Under the pieces are notes generated by a model. The model was given only the letters and a program-made list of their open reading frames with translations, did no database searches and was not told the origin of the DNA. From Bacillota bacterium (GTDB taxonomy: Bacteria > Bacillota_I > Bacilli_A > RFN20 > CAG-826), in NCBI GenBank assembly GCA_023393065.1, contig JAEWMX010000013.1, positions 438-64,437 on the forward strand: a stretch of DNA of 64,000 nt, read 5' to 3'. Shown here piece after piece: positions 53,764 to 63,797 of the stretch (the stretch's first letter is position 1; every line of letters begins with the position of its first letter). The translations under genes were made by a program, and so were the position numbers.

Positions 53764-54429
53764 TTAGAAGAATTTAGCCCGAGCCTGATCCTTCGTCTCT
53801 TTACTTGCAGTAAAGGGAATGCGGGTCGAATAGCCGGCTTTGGCGGCGACGATCATCTTGGTCGGCCAAGCGAAGATGTCTTGGTTCCATTTTAAGACGG
53901 TGTCGTTATAAACTTCGCGAGCGGCCGTAATTTCTCTTTGTAGATAGCTATTTTGCTGCATCGCATCTGCTAAGGCGCGATGAGCCTTGAGATCTGGATA
54001 AGCTTCGAAAGCGACGCGAATGCTACTCATCGCGGTGTCGAGTTGACCGGCGACTTCGTTGCGGTTGCCTTCGTTGGGATTGACGCCACCGCGGAACTGG
54101 GCGACGGTTTTCATAACATCCTTATCGAGATCGACGGATTTTTCGACGATGCCAACGACGTTTTGAAGTATTTGCACTCTCTGCTCGAGATAGTTATCAA
54201 TCTGCGAAGCATTGTGCTGAATCTTCTGTTGAAGTTGCCGTAAGTAGTTGCGAGCGCTGATCTTCATAAAGAGGAAAACGAGTCCGGGAATAATTCCTAA
54301 CACCCAGAGAATGATTTCAAAAACGAGCGATCCAGCTCCGACCTTTACGGGAATCTGCTTTTCGATAACGTTGACGTCTCTTCCTTCTTGATTGACTGGT
54401 CCAGTCACTTCATCTAATTCATTTGCCAT
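53764..54429 (-). CDS. lemA: LemA family protein
   Basis: N-terminal TM followed by NYLRQLQQKIQHNASQIDNYLEQR...AAREVYNDTVLKWN. ATG at 54429 behind GGAGG. Confidence 0.85.
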   Translation of the reverse strand: MANELDEVTGPVNQEGRDVNVIEKQIPVKVGAGSLVFEIILWVLGIIPGLVFLFMKISARNYLRQLQQKIQHNASQIDNYLEQRVQILQNVVGIVEKSVDLDKDVMKTVAQFRGGVNPNEGNRNEVAGQLDTAMSSIRVAFEAYPDLKAHRALADAMQQNSYLQREITAAREVYNDTVLKWNQDIFAWPTKMIVAAKAGYSTRIPFTASKETKDQARAKFF

Positions 54430-54474
54430 ATTAGATACCTCCATCTTTATATTATATATACACTTGGCTCAGTG

Positions 54475-56298
54475 TTATCTACTTTTTTTAATAATATATG
54501 CTAAGAACAAGCCAACCGTGTATACATCTTTGTCATCAGCCAGTTTGCCCGAGCGCATCGATTCGATGGCTTTCTTAAACTTATCGGCATATGTCTCTTC
54601 CTTCTCTTCACCGACAGCATTGATATTGACATCGGTGTCTTGCGAGACGGGAATATATTCAACCCAGTCGACGGGCACGTTATGAGAGCGGCCATCTCCG
54701 CCCATCACCGGAATGTAATCAGTGCGGTTAATTGTCTGATAACCATAGGCCGTAACGCGAATCGTGTCGCAGAAGCCACCGCTTTTGACGACTGAAGTCT
54801 TAAGGATGTTGCGCGTCCCCGAAAGTTTGTGAGCGAACTCGGACTCGTTCATGGCGTTGACGACGTGCTCGTGCTCGTAGAAGCTCACATAGCTATCATA
54901 CAAATCTTTGTAGATGTATTCGTGGGGCTTATGCTGCTGATAGAGGGGGATAGCCAGAATCGGCGCGAATGTAAAAAACATCTGCTTGAAGTATGTGTTG
55001 TGGTATTCGATAAATAACGTGCGCACGGCGTCGTAATCGTACCCTTGAAAGAAATTCGGAGCCGGGTCAAAATTCACACCGGCGAGATGCTCCGGATAAA
55101 TAATATTTATCATCTTGTGTTTGACAAAGTCAAAATCATCGCCGTAAGCCACCTCTTTATCTTTCATCAACTGCAGGAGTTGCTTTTGCGCTAATGGGGT
55201 GAAAAGCAAACGGAACTGCACTTCGTTGTTGCGATTAGAGGCGCCGAACAGGACTTCAAATTCGGAGTTGCCCATGACGGTGTAATCCCCACCTTTTTTG
55301 GTGCTTTTCTCCGACATTTTATTGAGCTTTTTGACCTCTTTATTGACTTTCTTTTCAATCTGCTTGTCACTGAGCTCTTCGGCATCGGAATCCTGCCGCG
55401 AAAAGATGAGATCGGGAGCGGCTTCATTACCATAGACGAGATAAGGCTCTTGATGATAATAAGGGCAGGGCTTTGTCACGCTGGCTCGCAAGGTCTGGGT
55501 ATGATGGTTGGTCACTAAGCGACCGTTGACATAGGAGGTCGTCGTATAATGGATGACGAGTTCGCCATAATATGTTTTGGTGCCGAGATGATGGACGAGG
55601 TCGTTGGCGATAAAAAATGGATTGCCGATGATGTCGCCGGATTGAACATAGAGTGTCGAACGATTGACATCGTGGGCTTCCGCCAAACCGAACTTGTTGA
55701 CGAGGTAGTCGAGGCGTTTGCTATCAAACATCTTATCGAGATTGATAATTGGGATCGTTTTGCGAAAAAGGCTAATGCCCATTCCGCGCGTGAATAATTC
55801 ATTAAGTGGAGCCATCTGAGCCCAAGCTTCTTTGAGCAAATCCTCGATTATTTTATCGATTTTTGCTTTCATTCCCCGCAATTCTTTAAGTTTTTTATTA
55901 ATAATGACAACAATTAAGACGATGAAAAGAATCGGCAGAGCGAATCCAAAAACAATCATCAAGATTGGAGCCAATAGGCTTTGAGTTCCCTGAACGAGCA
56001 TGATGATTCCGACGATAGCGGCCACTAATCCGACGACCGTAAGAAAAACTAGAAATCCGCGAAGGGCATTTTGCTTACTAATTTTCTTAACAACTTCGTT
56101 TCGCTCGCTCTCGTGTTTTTTTATCTTGCGATTCGTTTCGCGGTTCGCTTCGATATCTATCTGCGATTTCTCAACGAGACTATCAAAGTATTCAGTCGTG
56201 TTTTTATGAAATAAATCTTTGTAAACATTTTTATAGGCAAGAAGTGGCTCAAAAATATTGTCGCCGTCAAATCCAGTAAACTCGCTTGTATTTTCCAT
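54475..56298 (-). CDS. Large membrane protein partnered with LemA (DUF3137-like by recollection)
   Basis: 607 aa. Two TM helices (aa ~85-135) after a coiled-coil N-terminus, then a large soluble C-terminus. Confidence 0.55.
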   Translation of the reverse strand: MENTSEFTGFDGDNIFEPLLAYKNVYKDLFHKNTTEYFDSLVEKSQIDIEANRETNRKIKKHESERNEVVKKISKQNALRGFLVFLTVVGLVAAIVGIIMLVQGTQSLLAPILMIVFGFALPILFIVLIVVIINKKLKELRGMKAKIDKIIEDLLKEAWAQMAPLNELFTRGMGISLFRKTIPIINLDKMFDSKRLDYLVNKFGLAEAHDVNRSTLYVQSGDIIGNPFFIANDLVHHLGTKTYYGELVIHYTTTSYVNGRLVTNHHTQTLRASVTKPCPYYHQEPYLVYGNEAAPDLIFSRQDSDAEELSDKQIEKKVNKEVKKLNKMSEKSTKKGGDYTVMGNSEFEVLFGASNRNNEVQFRLLFTPLAQKQLLQLMKDKEVAYGDDFDFVKHKMINIIYPEHLAGVNFDPAPNFFQGYDYDAVRTLFIEYHNTYFKQMFFTFAPILAIPLYQQHKPHEYIYKDLYDSYVSFYEHEHVVNAMNESEFAHKLSGTRNILKTSVVKSGGFCDTIRVTAYGYQTINRTDYIPVMGGDGRSHNVPVDWVEYIPVSQDTDVNINAVGEEKEETYADKFKKAIESMRSGKLADDKDVYTVGLFLAYIIKKSR

Positions 56299-56427
56299 CT
56301 TTAATTCCCCTCATCACGAAGCGAATAAGCCTATAAGGCTATCGTTCTTTTTCATTGTAGCACAACAAAAGAATGACGAAGATATTTTTAGATGAAAACA
56401 AAATTATGATTTAATAGTTAAATAATC

Positions 56428-57573
56428 TTAGTTGTTGTGCGCGACGCGATAAAAATATTCGCCGGCAGTCGAGAATTTAATCGGCAAATATTTCGTATCC
56501 ATGTAAAACTGAAATACTTCGTAGCTGTCGTAAATTTGAATATCGCCACCGATATCGACGGGTAAATATTGAATGAGCTTGGTCGGAAAGCGATATTCGA
56601 CTTCTTGGCCTTTATCGGTGCCGCGATAGACATACAAGTCGCGATTCAAAGTGATGGTGCCGGTTCCGGTTTCGACGAGGCTGTTGCCTTGATAGCGAAC
56701 GAGGCGAACGGAGGTTTTTAGCGAATAGTCAGGCGTCTTCGAGATGAGTTCTTCCAGCGCTAAGCGCTGCCGCTCGTAATTGCTAAATAGACTTCGCCCA
56801 TCCAAGAGACCATACTCGTCATAGATTAGTTCGCGCTGACATTTTGGACAGACGAGTTTATGCTGTTGGCTCACCAGTCCCTCATGTCCGCAGTCCGGGC
56901 ATTGGTAGATGAGATTTTCGAGATTATTAATGTCGTTTAAACGATAGATGTGGCGATGCTCTTCATTATAGGCGCCGGCATCAAATTCAAGGCTTCGATC
57001 AACGGATTCATAGATACTTTTTTCATCAAGTTGTTCAAGTTGGTCTGGGGTAAAGAGATGAACCATCGAAGTGAATACTTTTCCCTTGAAAATTTTATTG
57101 GTCCAAGGAGGAGACATCAAAAAAGCATTCTTATCATGGACGACATAGACATTGACTTTCGCCTTTTTTAAAAATTTAGCGATTGCGAAAGGCGACTTTA
57201 GGCTCTTGCCGTGATATGTGATCTGACCTTCGGGAAAAATGCCGATGATACCGCCGGTTTTCAAAATTTTTAAAGCGCTGGCGACAGCCTTTAAATCGCC
57301 TTGATAAGAGCAGATTGGAATCGCTCGCGCCAGCTTTAAAAAGGGGCGGCGTTCCGGTTCATAGAACATCTTGGCGGCGGCCATGTAGTTGATTCGGTGA
57401 GGATAGAGAGCTGCCGTTACAAACACATAGTCGCGAAAAGATGCGTGATTGGATAGGATGATGGCCGGCTTCTTTATTTTGATTTTATTAACCAAGCGAT
57501 TGCCTTGAAGATAGGCCGATATCTTTAAGATGCCAGCTAAAGGCAGCCACAAAAAAGGATTGGGGCGTTTCAT
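56428..57573 (-). CDS. PlsC-family acyltransferase with a C-terminal zinc-ribbon domain
   Basis: NHASFRD (HX4D), FPEG, then CPDCGHEG...CPKCQ. Confidence 0.75.
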   Translation of the reverse strand: MKRPNPFLWLPLAGILKISAYLQGNRLVNKIKIKKPAIILSNHASFRDYVFVTAALYPHRINYMAAAKMFYEPERRPFLKLARAIPICSYQGDLKAVASALKILKTGGIIGIFPEGQITYHGKSLKSPFAIAKFLKKAKVNVYVVHDKNAFLMSPPWTNKIFKGKVFTSMVHLFTPDQLEQLDEKSIYESVDRSLEFDAGAYNEEHRHIYRLNDINNLENLIYQCPDCGHEGLVSQQHKLVCPKCQRELIYDEYGLLDGRSLFSNYERQRLALEELISKTPDYSLKTSVRLVRYQGNSLVETGTGTITLNRDLYVYRGTDKGQEVEYRFPTKLIQYLPVDIGGDIQIYDSYEVFQFYMDTKYLPIKFSTAGEYFYRVAHNN

Positions 57574-57576
57574 AGA

Positions 57577-58983
57577 TCAGGAGAGCGACTCCGCGTTGAT
57601 GGGCTCGTCGTCTTGTAGGCTAATTTGCTCTTTTAGTTTTTGCTGCTCTTTGGCATCGATGCGATAAGATAAAGAAATTAGCGAGCCAATGCCGAGTAAA
57701 ATCAGAGGGGCGAGAGCCATAATAATGCGAATCGCTAAAAGCGAACTATCCGGTTGTGTGAGGATCGGCGGTTGTCCCGGCACCCTTTCTTTAAAACCGG
57801 CAAGGCCCAAGATAAACATAGCAAACGATAAACCGAGAGCTTGGGCAATTTGCGAGACAAAGTTGGAAAAACCACTCATCTGACCTTCGATTCTCTTTTT
57901 AAACTTCAACTGGCCAGCATCGGCGACATCGCCGAACATTGTGTGGGGAATTAATCCGGGGGCACTGATGCCAAACCCCATCACGACCGCTAATATGTAG
58001 ATGACGATGGGGTTGACATTAGCTGGAACAAAGAAGAGTCCGATAGCTGAGACAATCCAGATAATCGCTCCAAAGCGATAGGTAAAAGCCTTGCTAAACT
58101 TCTCGATCATTTTTAAATAGAAAGGTAAGGCGACAATTTGCGTAAAGAACATTAAAGCCGCGGCAATTGTTCCGACCATCGAAGTGCCTCCGCTCGCGGT
58201 GACATCTTTGATGATATAGAAATCGATGTAAAAGAAGAAAAGACCGCTCATGACCGACATGGCGATTTGCATAAACAAGAACATGCCGAGATACTGGCGG
58301 AATGGTTTTAATTTCAAGGGTTCGGCCAAAGCTTTAAAAGATAATTTGGTTTTGACAATCGGGCTTTTAATCTCTTCCTTGGCAAAGAGACCACTCAATA
58401 AAATGCTGATGCCAAAAAAGATGCCGAAACTGAGGCTCATCACCTGATAGCCAATTCGCGGATCGGCAAAGGAATCGACAATAATTTTCGGGACGGCAAC
58501 GCATATAATCGATGAGAAGATGCTAAAAGCGAGGCGGTAGGAATTAAATGAGGCCCGGTTTTGATAGTCCCTTGAAATCTCGCTAGCCAAAGAGAAATAG
58601 GGAATCATAATCGTCGACTGGACAGCTACAAAAATTAAGTAAGCGAGGAGGACGGCGATGACTTGCAGCGCCTCATTGGAAAAATTAAAAGGGTAAAACA
58701 TCAAAAACATCGCCACTACGATTAAGGGCGAACAAATAATCAAATAAATTCTTCTTTTGCCAAATCTTGACTGCGTGCGGTCGGAAATCCACCCGATGAT
58801 CGGATCGATGACGGCATCGAAAATGCGCGCCACCAAGATGATAAAACTGCTCCAAAATGGATTGATGCCAACAATAAGAACTAAGAATACGGGATAAAGA
58901 AAGTTAATAATATTAAAAGAACCTCCGCCGAAGAGGTCAGCCGAGGCAAAAGCGAGCTTTCTTGCCAAATTATTCTTTTTCAT
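57577..58983 (-). CDS. MFS transporter, GPH (MelB-like) family
   Basis: DAVIDPIIGWISDRTQSRFGKRR signature. 468 aa, about 12 TM. Confidence 0.8.
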   Translation of the reverse strand: MKKNNLARKLAFASADLFGGGSFNIINFLYPVFLVLIVGINPFWSSFIILVARIFDAVIDPIIGWISDRTQSRFGKRRIYLIICSPLIVVAMFLMFYPFNFSNEALQVIAVLLAYLIFVAVQSTIMIPYFSLASEISRDYQNRASFNSYRLAFSIFSSIICVAVPKIIVDSFADPRIGYQVMSLSFGIFFGISILLSGLFAKEEIKSPIVKTKLSFKALAEPLKLKPFRQYLGMFLFMQIAMSVMSGLFFFYIDFYIIKDVTASGGTSMVGTIAAALMFFTQIVALPFYLKMIEKFSKAFTYRFGAIIWIVSAIGLFFVPANVNPIVIYILAVVMGFGISAPGLIPHTMFGDVADAGQLKFKKRIEGQMSGFSNFVSQIAQALGLSFAMFILGLAGFKERVPGQPPILTQPDSSLLAIRIIMALAPLILLGIGSLISLSYRIDAKEQQKLKEQISLQDDEPINAESLS

Positions 58984-59137
58984 AATTTCTCCATGATAAT
59001 TGCATGTCGCTTTTATGTATTTTAAATAAAGAAACGAATTTGGAGAAGAGTTTTTTAACTTATGGCCTTTTATATAAGGCGATAAGGAGGATGTTTGCTT
59101 TAAAATCGGTTAATACGCTATGGGATAGCATTTTATA

Positions 59138-60076
59138 TCACACTTTTATTTTTTTCTTAATCAGGCTGATAATTTGAAATATAACAAATAGCGAGAGGAC
59201 AGACCCGGCTAGGTATAAATACATGTATGTCCGGTCGAACTGAACATTAAATAATTGCAGATTAAAGCCGTAACTAGTCTTAATTTGCTCGATTACTTCA
59301 AGGGGCATCGTCGCCTCCAATTTTGTAAGGATAGGGCGCATTAGCACGACGCGAAAGAGACCGGTCGCGTGTGAACCAGGAATCAGATTGGCAAAATTTT
59401 GAATCGAAAGAGGCAAAATGCTGACCGGCATGTAGGCTCCGATTAGAAAGCCGATCAGGGCGCTGAAGACGCCGGTGAAAGATGCGGCTGTCGAAGTATG
59501 ATTAAAAAAGGCTGTTAAACACATAACGAAGATGACGGCGGACAGAGAAGATAAAACTAAAATGCCGAATAATTCAAACAGATTTGCGGCCGAAAAGGTC
59601 ACTCCGCTAGAAATGGCTAAAAAGACGAGGGCGATGATAAGAAAAACGAAACTTAAAAACAAGGTGATTACAAAGGCGCTGATAAAATAGCTTAATGTCA
59701 GATTGACGAGGCGGACTGGAGAGGCGGTAAAATCATCGACGATGCGCCGCTCGCGGTCGCTGATAGCCACAAACATGCTATTTAGCGAGATGGTTAGTGA
59801 GGAGATGCCGAGGATACCGGATATTACCCACGCATTGGCCACCGTGGCGATATCGGCATCGCTGACCGTTTGTCCCTGCGGAATAAAATTCCTTATCGTA
59901 TCCATTTGAAAATCGCCCATAAACAAAATGTAAATAACCAGGATTAAAACGGGCGCCATCATCGAGAAGACAAGCGTCGTCTTGTTTTGAAAGAATATCA
60001 AAATATTGCGCTTGGTGAGATGCCAAATGTTATATAAATAATCATCAAATAGCTTAAAAATTCGATTCTTTTTCAT
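59138..60076 (-). CDS. ABC-2 type transporter permease
   Basis: Six-TM profile. ATG at 60076 (MKKNRIF). Overlaps the ATPase gene. Confidence 0.7.
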   Translation of the reverse strand: MKKNRIFKLFDDYLYNIWHLTKRNILIFFQNKTTLVFSMMAPVLILVIYILFMGDFQMDTIRNFIPQGQTVSDADIATVANAWVISGILGISSLTISLNSMFVAISDRERRIVDDFTASPVRLVNLTLSYFISAFVITLFLSFVFLIIALVFLAISSGVTFSAANLFELFGILVLSSLSAVIFVMCLTAFFNHTSTAASFTGVFSALIGFLIGAYMPVSILPLSIQNFANLIPGSHATGLFRVVLMRPILTKLEATMPLEVIEQIKTSYGFNLQLFNVQFDRTYMYLYLAGSVLSLFVIFQIISLIKKKIKV

Positions 60077-60998
60077 GATTATCGTCAATTTTCTTTCCCG
60101 TCACATTTAAAAAGACATGATCCATATTCCCTTTCAAAACTTCAAAATCATCAAATAGAGGGGCGTATTTTTCCACGATTTCAAGAGCGTCCGTCGGCTG
60201 GCTAATCGTGACTTCATAGGCATTATTGCGATAGACATAGGTCAGTTTCTCGCCATCGAGCAACTGATTGATCCGGTCGCTTTCATCAGCAATGATGCGA
60301 AGAATATCGCTTGTAAAGCGGCTCTTGAGTTCGTCCGGGCTTCCACTCGCGCTGATTTTCCCTTCATCGATAATGACTACATGATCGGCTTTGACGACTT
60401 CCTCCATGTAGTGAGTTGTCAAAAAGATTGTTAACTCCGTCTTGTTTTTTAAATCATTTAGCGCATCCCAGACCATGATGCGCGTGTTAGGATCGAGGCC
60501 GGTTGTCGGCTCGTCTAAAAAGAGAATTTGCGGATTGTGCAAAAGTGCGCGGGCGATATCGACTTTGCGCCTTTGCCCACCTGACAATTTGCCATAAGGA
60601 CGCTTGATAATCGCATGTAAGGCAAGGATGTCGATTAGATAGTTTATCTTACCCTCGGCCTCCTTGCGACTCATCGGATAGAGGCTGGCCCGCGAATAGA
60701 GATTTTGCAAGACCGTGAGTTCGTTGTCGAGGACGCTCTTTTGAAAGACGATGCCGATTTTGTTCTTGATTTTATCGGCATCTTTGTCGGTATTTAAACC
60801 ATCGATGATGATTTCGCCCGCATCTTTTTTTACGATTGAGCACAAAATGTTAATCGTCGTCGATTTGCCGGCGCCGTTGAGGCCGAGAAAAGCAAAAAAA
60901 TCGCCGCGTTTAACGCTGAAATCGATGCCGCGAACAGCTGCGACTTTCCGATAGTTTTTCACGAGTCCTCTGACTTCGATAATGTTATTGTTTTGCAT
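60054..60998 (-). CDS. ABC transporter ATP-binding protein
   Basis: GLNGAGKST, LSGGQRRK, ILFLDEPT. Confidence 0.85.
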   Translation of the reverse strand: MQNNNIIEVRGLVKNYRKVAAVRGIDFSVKRGDFFAFLGLNGAGKSTTINILCSIVKKDAGEIIIDGLNTDKDADKIKNKIGIVFQKSVLDNELTVLQNLYSRASLYPMSRKEAEGKINYLIDILALHAIIKRPYGKLSGGQRRKVDIARALLHNPQILFLDEPTTGLDPNTRIMVWDALNDLKNKTELTIFLTTHYMEEVVKADHVVIIDEGKISASGSPDELKSRFTSDILRIIADESDRINQLLDGEKLTYVYRNNAYEVTISQPTDALEIVEKYAPLFDDFEVLKGNMDHVFLNVTGKKIDDNHEKESNF

Positions 60999-61764
60999 CG
61001 CTAATCTTCTTTAATTGCTTTCTAATTTTATAATAAAAATCGTTTGCCACCAATTTTTCAAAGATTCCGTAAATATGCCTGCCCAAAACTTTTCGTGAAA
61101 AAGCGGCGAAGCGAAAGCCGCGTTTTTGCTTTTTGCTATGCCACGAACCGGCATAATGATGCACGCCGAGAGTATTTGCGGTTCGGTTCTCTTTGAACGT
61201 TATATAGCTTATCGGATAAAAATAGTCGCTTGATAGCAACGCGATGTTATCTTGCACCGAAAAGCGTCCATCCATTTTTCTTTTGTAAAAAAATCTCAGT
61301 ATGGCGCTGACGGCGTGGACCGAAAAGGGATTGCTATAAAAACCGATGTGATGCTCCAAGTCGTAACGGCGCACGAGTTTTTCAAAAACTGGATGCTTGG
61401 CTGCGCTGCCTAAAATGGCGGTTCCCACCCAATACTTGCTCTCATAGCACATGAAGCAGTCATAATTAAGCATTTGGTCAGGATTTGCGAAAAACTCGAA
61501 ATCGGTATCGACGTAAATACCTCCATATTCATAGAGGACGACGACTCTAATAATATCGGCGGCATAAGCCCAATTGTGAGAATCGATTGCTAAATCGACT
61601 AGAGGATGACGGCCGCGAACAAAATTCGATTCATTCCACTCAACTATTTCATAATCTGGACAAAACTTTTTCCAGCTTTCGAGACATTTTAAAACGCTTT
61701 CTGGCTTTGGTCTGCCCCCGAGCCAAATATAGTGAAGTATTTTTGGTATCATCGCTTTTGCCAT
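60985..61764 (-). CDS. Glycosyltransferase (DXD, Gly_transf_sug-like)
   Basis: IPKILHYIWLGG...AADIIRVVVLYEYGGIYVDTDFE. Confidence 0.7.
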   Translation of the reverse strand: MAKAMIPKILHYIWLGGRPKPESVLKCLESWKKFCPDYEIVEWNESNFVRGRHPLVDLAIDSHNWAYAADIIRVVVLYEYGGIYVDTDFEFFANPDQMLNYDCFMCYESKYWVGTAILGSAAKHPVFEKLVRRYDLEHHIGFYSNPFSVHAVSAILRFFYKRKMDGRFSVQDNIALLSSDYFYPISYITFKENRTANTLGVHHYAGSWHSKKQKRGFRFAAFSRKVLGRHIYGIFEKLVANDFYYKIRKQLKKISDAKQ

Positions 61765-61812
61765 TTCCCCTTCGAAGACGAGCCCGCCAAAAGCGGTATC
61801 TAATTAATTATA

Positions 61813-62022
61813 TCATTCAAATGGCTCGAATTTTTCTAAATCTATATCGTTTTTGCTAATTTGCGTCGTCCCATCGATGACGCGATATCGCTTTCCTTCT
61901 TTGGATTTTATTACATCCCCGATGTGAAAGTTTGATATGACCGGCAAATAATAGTGCTTCACTTCAAAACCATGCGGGTAACTTTCGACGATAATAGTCA
62001 TATATTTTGTTTCTTTTACCAT
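61813..62022 (-). CDS. Hypothetical small protein
   Basis: 69-aa ORF. Confidence 0.35.
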   Translation of the reverse strand: MVKETKYMTIIVESYPHGFEVKHYYLPVISNFHIGDVIKSKEGKRYRVIDGTTQISKNDIDLEKFEPFE

Positions 62023-62085
62023 ATTAAATCTCCTAGATGATTGTGTTTCGGCGATTTTACTATCACTATCGCTTTAACGGTAGTC

Positions 62086-62397
62086 TTAAGACAATGTTTT
62101 ATTGTTATCGCTTTTCTTTTTTAAATAACAAAAAAGGATCGTCGAAGAAATCAGAGCCGCCACAAATCCAACAAAAGCTAAACCTGAGATCAACAAGTAG
62201 CCTAATCTACTCCAATTTTGAGAAAGCAAACCGATAACGAGAAAAGCCAAGGCGATAGCCAATAAAACTCCAGGAAGCAAGAAAACATAGCCCTTTTTTG
62301 TTCTGGATAAGGCTCGGCTTATCGGAATGTTAACAATGGCGATTAGCACAAAGATGCCAATCGCACTCATGATTTGACTCGTTTCGCTGAAATTCAC
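62086..62397 (-). CDS. Small membrane protein (3 TM)
   Basis: 103 aa, GTG start behind GAGGAG. Confidence 0.5.
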   Translation of the reverse strand: MNFSETSQIMSAIGIFVLIAIVNIPISRALSRTKKGYVFLLPGVLLAIALAFLVIGLLSQNWSRLGYLLISGLAFVGFVAALISSTILFCYLKKKSDNNKTLS

Positions 62398-62653
62398 AAT
62401 GCGCTCCTCTAGTTTAACTATATATGAAAGAGAGGCCCAAAAAACAACGATACGCTTTGCAACATCGTAGCGCCATGTGTCTCAGTTTGCGCTTGAGGAA
62501 TGACATCACCCAGTAACATAATATGCCAAATCTCCAAATATAAGTTTCTTATCAACCGGGTTTCTCACGATGATAAAAACAAGAGATGATCGCCTCTATT
62601 CGAAATATTTCTCGAAGCATCTTTTGGGCTTGCAGGTATCATCAAAATCAGGC

Positions 62654-62690
62654 AAAAAAAGAAAAAATCTGCCAAACTGCTCCAAGACAG
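62654..62690 (-). terminator. Terminator after the tRNA pair
   Basis: Minus strand: CTGTC...GGCAG hairpin followed by ATTTTTTCTTTTTTT. Confidence 0.45.
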
Positions 62691-62706
62691 ACTTCAATTC
62701 TAACAG

Positions 62707-62783
62707 TGGTGACCCGTACGGGATTCGAACCCATGAATGCATGCGTGAAAGGCATGTGAGTTAAGCCACTTCTCCAACGGGCC
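62707..62783 (-). tRNA. trnE: tRNA-Glu (anticodon UUC)
   Basis: Hand-folded: acceptor GGCCCGT/ACGGGTC, anticodon loop CTTTCAC, GGTTCGAATCC, encoded CCA. 77 nt. Confidence 0.9.
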
Positions 62784-62790
62784 ACATAAG

Positions 62791-62866
62791 TGGCGCCTAC
62801 CATAGGACTCGAACCTATGACCGATCGGTTAACAGCCGATTGCTCTACCGACTGAGCTAGGTAGGC
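62791..62866 (-). tRNA. trnN: tRNA-Asn (anticodon GUU)
   Basis: Hand-folded: acceptor GCCTACC/GGTAGGC, D arm GCTCAGTCGGTAGAGC, anticodon loop CTGTTAA, encoded CCA. 76 nt. Confidence 0.9.
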
Positions 62867-62895
62867 GTGTTATTCAAAAGAATAACGCAAGAAGT

Positions 62896-62924
62896 ATATT
62901 ATCAAAACGGCTCTGAATATGCAA
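62896..62924 (-). promoter_or_regulatory. Sigma-A-type promoter for the tRNA-Asn/Glu unit
   Basis: Minus strand: TTGCAT, 17 nt, TAATAT. Confidence 0.5.
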
Positions 62925-62931
62925 TCAAGAA

Positions 62932-63162
62932 TTATTCAGTTCCGCACTTCTTATGAATAGCGCTGATTAGATCGCCAATCGTTTGTAGAGAAGTCATCTC
63001 TTCATCAGAGAATTTAATATTGTATTCATCTTCTAACTCGAGAATGAGCTCTACCATATCCAAGGAATCCAAGCCGTAATCCTTAAGGGTCTTCGCTTCA
63101 TCAACTTCATCGATGTTCAATTTCTTTTTAAATTTTTCAAGAACGTTATTTACTTTTGCCAT
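62932..63162 (-). CDS. acpP: Acyl carrier protein
   Basis: 76 aa with a DSLD phosphopantetheine-attachment motif (LGLDSLDMVEL). Confidence 0.85.
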   Translation of the reverse strand: MAKVNNVLEKFKKKLNIDEVDEAKTLKDYGLDSLDMVELILELEDEYNIKFSDEEMTSLQTIGDLISAIHKKCGTE

Positions 63163-63269
63163 GATTTGACCTCACTTCGTTGTATTATACCAAAAAAGTA
63201 TCTTTTGTAAGAAGCAAAATGTGCGAACAAAAAAAGGGCATACGCCCTTATTGGATTTGTAAGTGATTT

Positions 63270-63413
63270 CTATCCTAATTCAACTGGTGCCGTAATTTCG
63301 CTAGCGGCTTGATTGGCTGCCGTTGAAAAGGCTGTAATCAATACACCACTAATCAACGAAAAAATAGCGATGACAAGCAGGACGCCAAATAATTGTCCTT
63401 TGATTTCTGACAT
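63270..63413 (-). CDS. Small hydrophobic pilin-like protein (Flp-like?), not in the ORF track
   Basis: It reads MSEIKGQLFGVLLVIAIFSLISGVLITAFSTAANQAASEITAPVELG. AGGAGAA-type RBS. It lies next to TadE-like and TadC-like ORFs. Confidence 0.35.
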   Translation of the reverse strand: MSEIKGQLFGVLLVIAIFSLISGVLITAFSTAANQAASEITAPVELG

Positions 63414-63428
63414 GTTTTCTCCTTTCTT

Positions 63429-63797
63429 TTAATTGTAAAACCCAATGACAACTCCTCGCGTTATCGATATAACTAGAGGTTCGCTGCTCATAATGACGGG
63501 CTGGTAAGAGGTCGCCACAGTATATATGTAAGTATCGCCAAAGCGGGGTGTGCAATTATTTGTACATGTTATTGTTGCATTCGCATATCTTTCGACAAAG
63601 AACGAGATTTCCTCATTTATTCCGCCATTTTCAACGATGAGATGACCTGCCGTCATTGCAACGGCATCAAGGTTTGTATAAATTATCTGAGTATTTATCA
63701 AATCAGCGCCAAGAAAAAAGACACTTATTACAAAAAGAAAAGATAGGATTAGACCGATTTTAGATCCCACTAATAATATCTCCGATAACCGATACAA
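63429..63797 (-). CDS. TadE-like / pilus-locus small membrane-anchored protein
   Basis: N-terminal hydrophobic segment GLILSFLFVISVFFLGADLIN. About 120 aa. Confidence 0.3.
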   Translation of the reverse strand: MYRLSEILLVGSKIGLILSFLFVISVFFLGADLINTQIIYTNLDAVAMTAGHLIVENGGINEEISFFVERYANATITCTNNCTPRFGDTYIYTVATSYQPVIMSSEPLVISITRGVVIGFYN

